Assembly: GCA_016928695.1 (NCBI GenBank)
Contig: JAFGKF010000116.1
Coordinates: forward strand, 1-40,795
Direction: 5' to 3'
Origin: Candidatus Sumerlaeota bacterium
Lineage (GTDB): Bacteria > Sumerlaeota > Sumerlaeia > JABWBI01
Length of the DNA: 40,795 bases
Every line of letters begins with the position of its first letter. Position 1 is the first letter of the stretch. The notes beneath the pieces were generated by a model. That model saw only the letters and a list, made by a program, of their open reading frames with translations. It had not been told where the DNA came from and did not search any database. Below are positions 38,925-40,795 of this stretch, in pieces. Both the position numbers and the translations under genes were made by a program.

Positions 38925-40496
38925 GTGATCTGTTCCAGCGCCATCCGCCGCCGGGGCTTCCTCTCGAGGAACTTCCTCGTGGGCCTCGTGCTGTTCATCC
39001 TCTGCGCCGGATTCGCAATCCACCGCCAGGCCCTGTACCTGGCGAACATGCGCCCCTATCGCCCCTATCTCACAATCAACCTGATCCCCGGCACCCGCTC
39101 GAATCAGGTCATCAAGGCCGCGGCGCTGGGCTACGACGACTTTCTCAGCGTGTTCCTCTGGCTGCGCAGCATCCAGGATTTCGGGGGGCAGTTCCGCGAC
39201 CCCTTCGCCCTGGAGTCGCAGGCCAACGCCTTCTGGAGCATCACGGCGCTCCAGCCGCTCTTCACCGAGGCGTACGACTTCGGCGGTCTTGTGATCGGCG
39301 ATGAGGGGGGCAGCCTGAACATCTGGGGAAGCCGGGTCCGCCCCGTGGAGGAGCAGGAGCAGGGCTGGCAGTTCGTCAACAGCATGGAGGAGGCCCGCCA
39401 GCGCGCCGACGCCATGAACGAGCAGGCACTCGCCCTCTTCGAGCATGGGATCGAGAGCGATCCCGACCACTTCCGCCACGCCTACAACGCCGTCTACACC
39501 TCGGTCAGCGGCCTCCACGATCCCCGCCGGGCCGTGCCCTACGCGGAGGTCGCCACCCTCCGCCCGGACTGCCCCGACTGGGTGGCGGGCACGATCCCCT
39601 ATCTCCAGGGCCGCAGCGGTGAGCACCGCATCGCCATGGCGCTGTGGTTTGCCCGCCTGCGCGAGGCGATCTCGGCGCGCAGCGATCTGCAGATCGGCAT
39701 CAACATGCGAAAGATCGCCGAGGACGGCGTCAACGCTTGGAATTGCCAGACGCTGACGGCCGCGCTCAGCCTGTGGTCGGGCATGCACGGCAGAGCGCTG
39801 CCCGACTCCCTCGATCAGCTGGTCACCGACGGGTTCCTGACTTTCGACCCCGAGGATGTCCTGGCGTCGATCGAGCTGTGGCGGGCTGCCCACAGCACCA
39901 CCGATCCCCCCCCTGACCTCCAGACCCTGGTGGTTGAGGGTTTCTTCCCCGCCGACCCGGAGAATCCGCCTGAGCCGCTCGCCTTCTTCGACTACATCCG
40001 ATTCCTCGACGATGTGCGCCGATTGCAGGAGACCACCTCGCAGTTCGAGACGATCCGCGAGGCGGACTTGAACCTCGAGATGTATTTGACCGTCCAGGGC
40101 CGCATCCCCGACTGCCCGCTCAACGCCTGGTATATCCACAGCGGCGACGCGCAGATGCTCGAGCGGATGCAGCGGATCGGGCCATTCAGCTACATGGTGG
40201 ATCACCGCGACAGCAGAGTGTGGGACACCAACCGCCTCTTCGAGGACACAGCGCGTGACTTGGTGAGTCTCCGCCGCCGACTCAGCAACTATCACGGATC
40301 GCATGACCAGTGGCCCGAGACCCTCGACGAGCTCTTCCCCGAGGGGGAGAGCGCCCCCGTGGAGCGTGGGACCGGCCTTCCGTTCATCTACGATCCCGCG
40401 GACGGCACAGTCCACTGCCGCACCTTCCCCGCGCTCAACGGGGAGATCAACGAGACCATGATGGGTCCCCCCCGCCCCGTCGATGAGGGGGGATGA
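38925..40496 (+). CDS. Membrane-anchored TPR-like accessory protein (myxobacterial PilG / Geobacter XapA-like)
   Basis: N-terminal TM; LGYDDFLSVFLWLRSIQDFGG, ITALQPLFTEAY, LFEHGIESDP, PDCPDW; two pilin-like LPDSLDQL / WPETLDEL motifs. Start uncertain. Confidence 0.6.
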   Translation: MICSSAIRRRGFLSRNFLVGLVLFILCAGFAIHRQALYLANMRPYRPYLTINLIPGTRSNQVIKAAALGYDDFLSVFLWLRSIQDFGGQFRDPFALESQANAFWSITALQPLFTEAYDFGGLVIGDEGGSLNIWGSRVRPVEEQEQGWQFVNSMEEARQRADAMNEQALALFEHGIESDPDHFRHAYNAVYTSVSGLHDPRRAVPYAEVATLRPDCPDWVAGTIPYLQGRSGEHRIAMALWFARLREAISARSDLQIGINMRKIAEDGVNAWNCQTLTAALSLWSGMHGRALPDSLDQLVTDGFLTFDPEDVLASIELWRAAHSTTDPPPDLQTLVVEGFFPADPENPPEPLAFFDYIRFLDDVRRLQETTSQFETIREADLNLEMYLTVQGRIPDCPLNAWYIHSGDAQMLERMQRIGPFSYMVDHRDSRVWDTNRLFEDTARDLVSLRRRLSNYHGSHDQWPETLDELFPEGESAPVERGTGLPFIYDPADGTVHCRTFPALNGEINETMMGPPRPVDEGG

Positions 40497-40673
40497 GCCG
40501 GACCGCACTCGGAAGCGCAGCGCTTGAAGCTCTGAGGCGAGAGTGCCTCGGAGTCAAAGGCATCTTGGCCTGGCCACGGCCCCCGGCTGGATATCCTTGA
40601 CAAATAACTCCATGTGACAAAAAACACGAAGTGGGTTTGAGGGGTCTGCTCTCTCACGAGGAGGTGCATCGGC

Positions 40674-40795
40674 ATGACTCACATCGGACTCCCCCTGACC
40701 CTCGTTTCTCTGCTCACGGCGCTCCCTCTGGCCGCGCAATCCATCGAGGATCCCGTTGCCCCCTCCCACGGCTTCTACGCCGTCCAGATCGCCGC
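40674..40795 (+). CDS. Exported protein, 5' fragment; possible SPOR domain
   Basis: GAGGAGG RBS; MTHIGLPLTLVSLLTALPLAA-QSIEDPVAPSHGFYAVQIA (signal peptide, then a YxVQ SPOR-like start). TTGACA at 40597. Confidence 0.55.
   Translation, partial: MTHIGLPLTLVSLLTALPLAAQSIEDPVAPSHGFYAVQIA

Overview
High-GC bacterial chromosomal segment with no rRNA, tRNA, CRISPR array or transposase recognised. Gene order (polA-coaE-rho, long PilM, MoxR/VWA cluster) is reminiscent of PVC-like or candidate-phylum bacteria, but the taxon cannot be fixed from sequence alone. Left half (minus strand): a translationally coupled MoxR AAA+/DUF58/BatA-VWA operon with accessory genes (membrane coiled-coil protein, NHL propeller, a stand-alone PilB/GspE-like domain, CPBP protease, CxxS redoxin lipoprotein); ablA-ablB (N-epsilon-acetyl-beta-lysine osmolyte synthesis) with a structured 5' leader; a polysaccharide deacetylase flanked by two 9-nt-period palindromes; lipoate ligase, gcvPB and gcvPA. 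Right half (mostly plus strand): HU, a GT-C glycosyltransferase, an O-antigen-ligase/TPR protein, a PilM-PilN fusion, a small membrane protein, a ~1700-aa TPR-extended secretin, polA, a single-ORF CoaE-Rho fusion, mnmA (minus) and a PilH/PilI/PilG-like ABC module. The most notable observations are the CoaE-Rho fusion, the atypical pilus/secretion machine with a giant TPR secretin, and the accessorised MoxR-VWA operon. All protein calls are from motif recognition by eye, not database searches.
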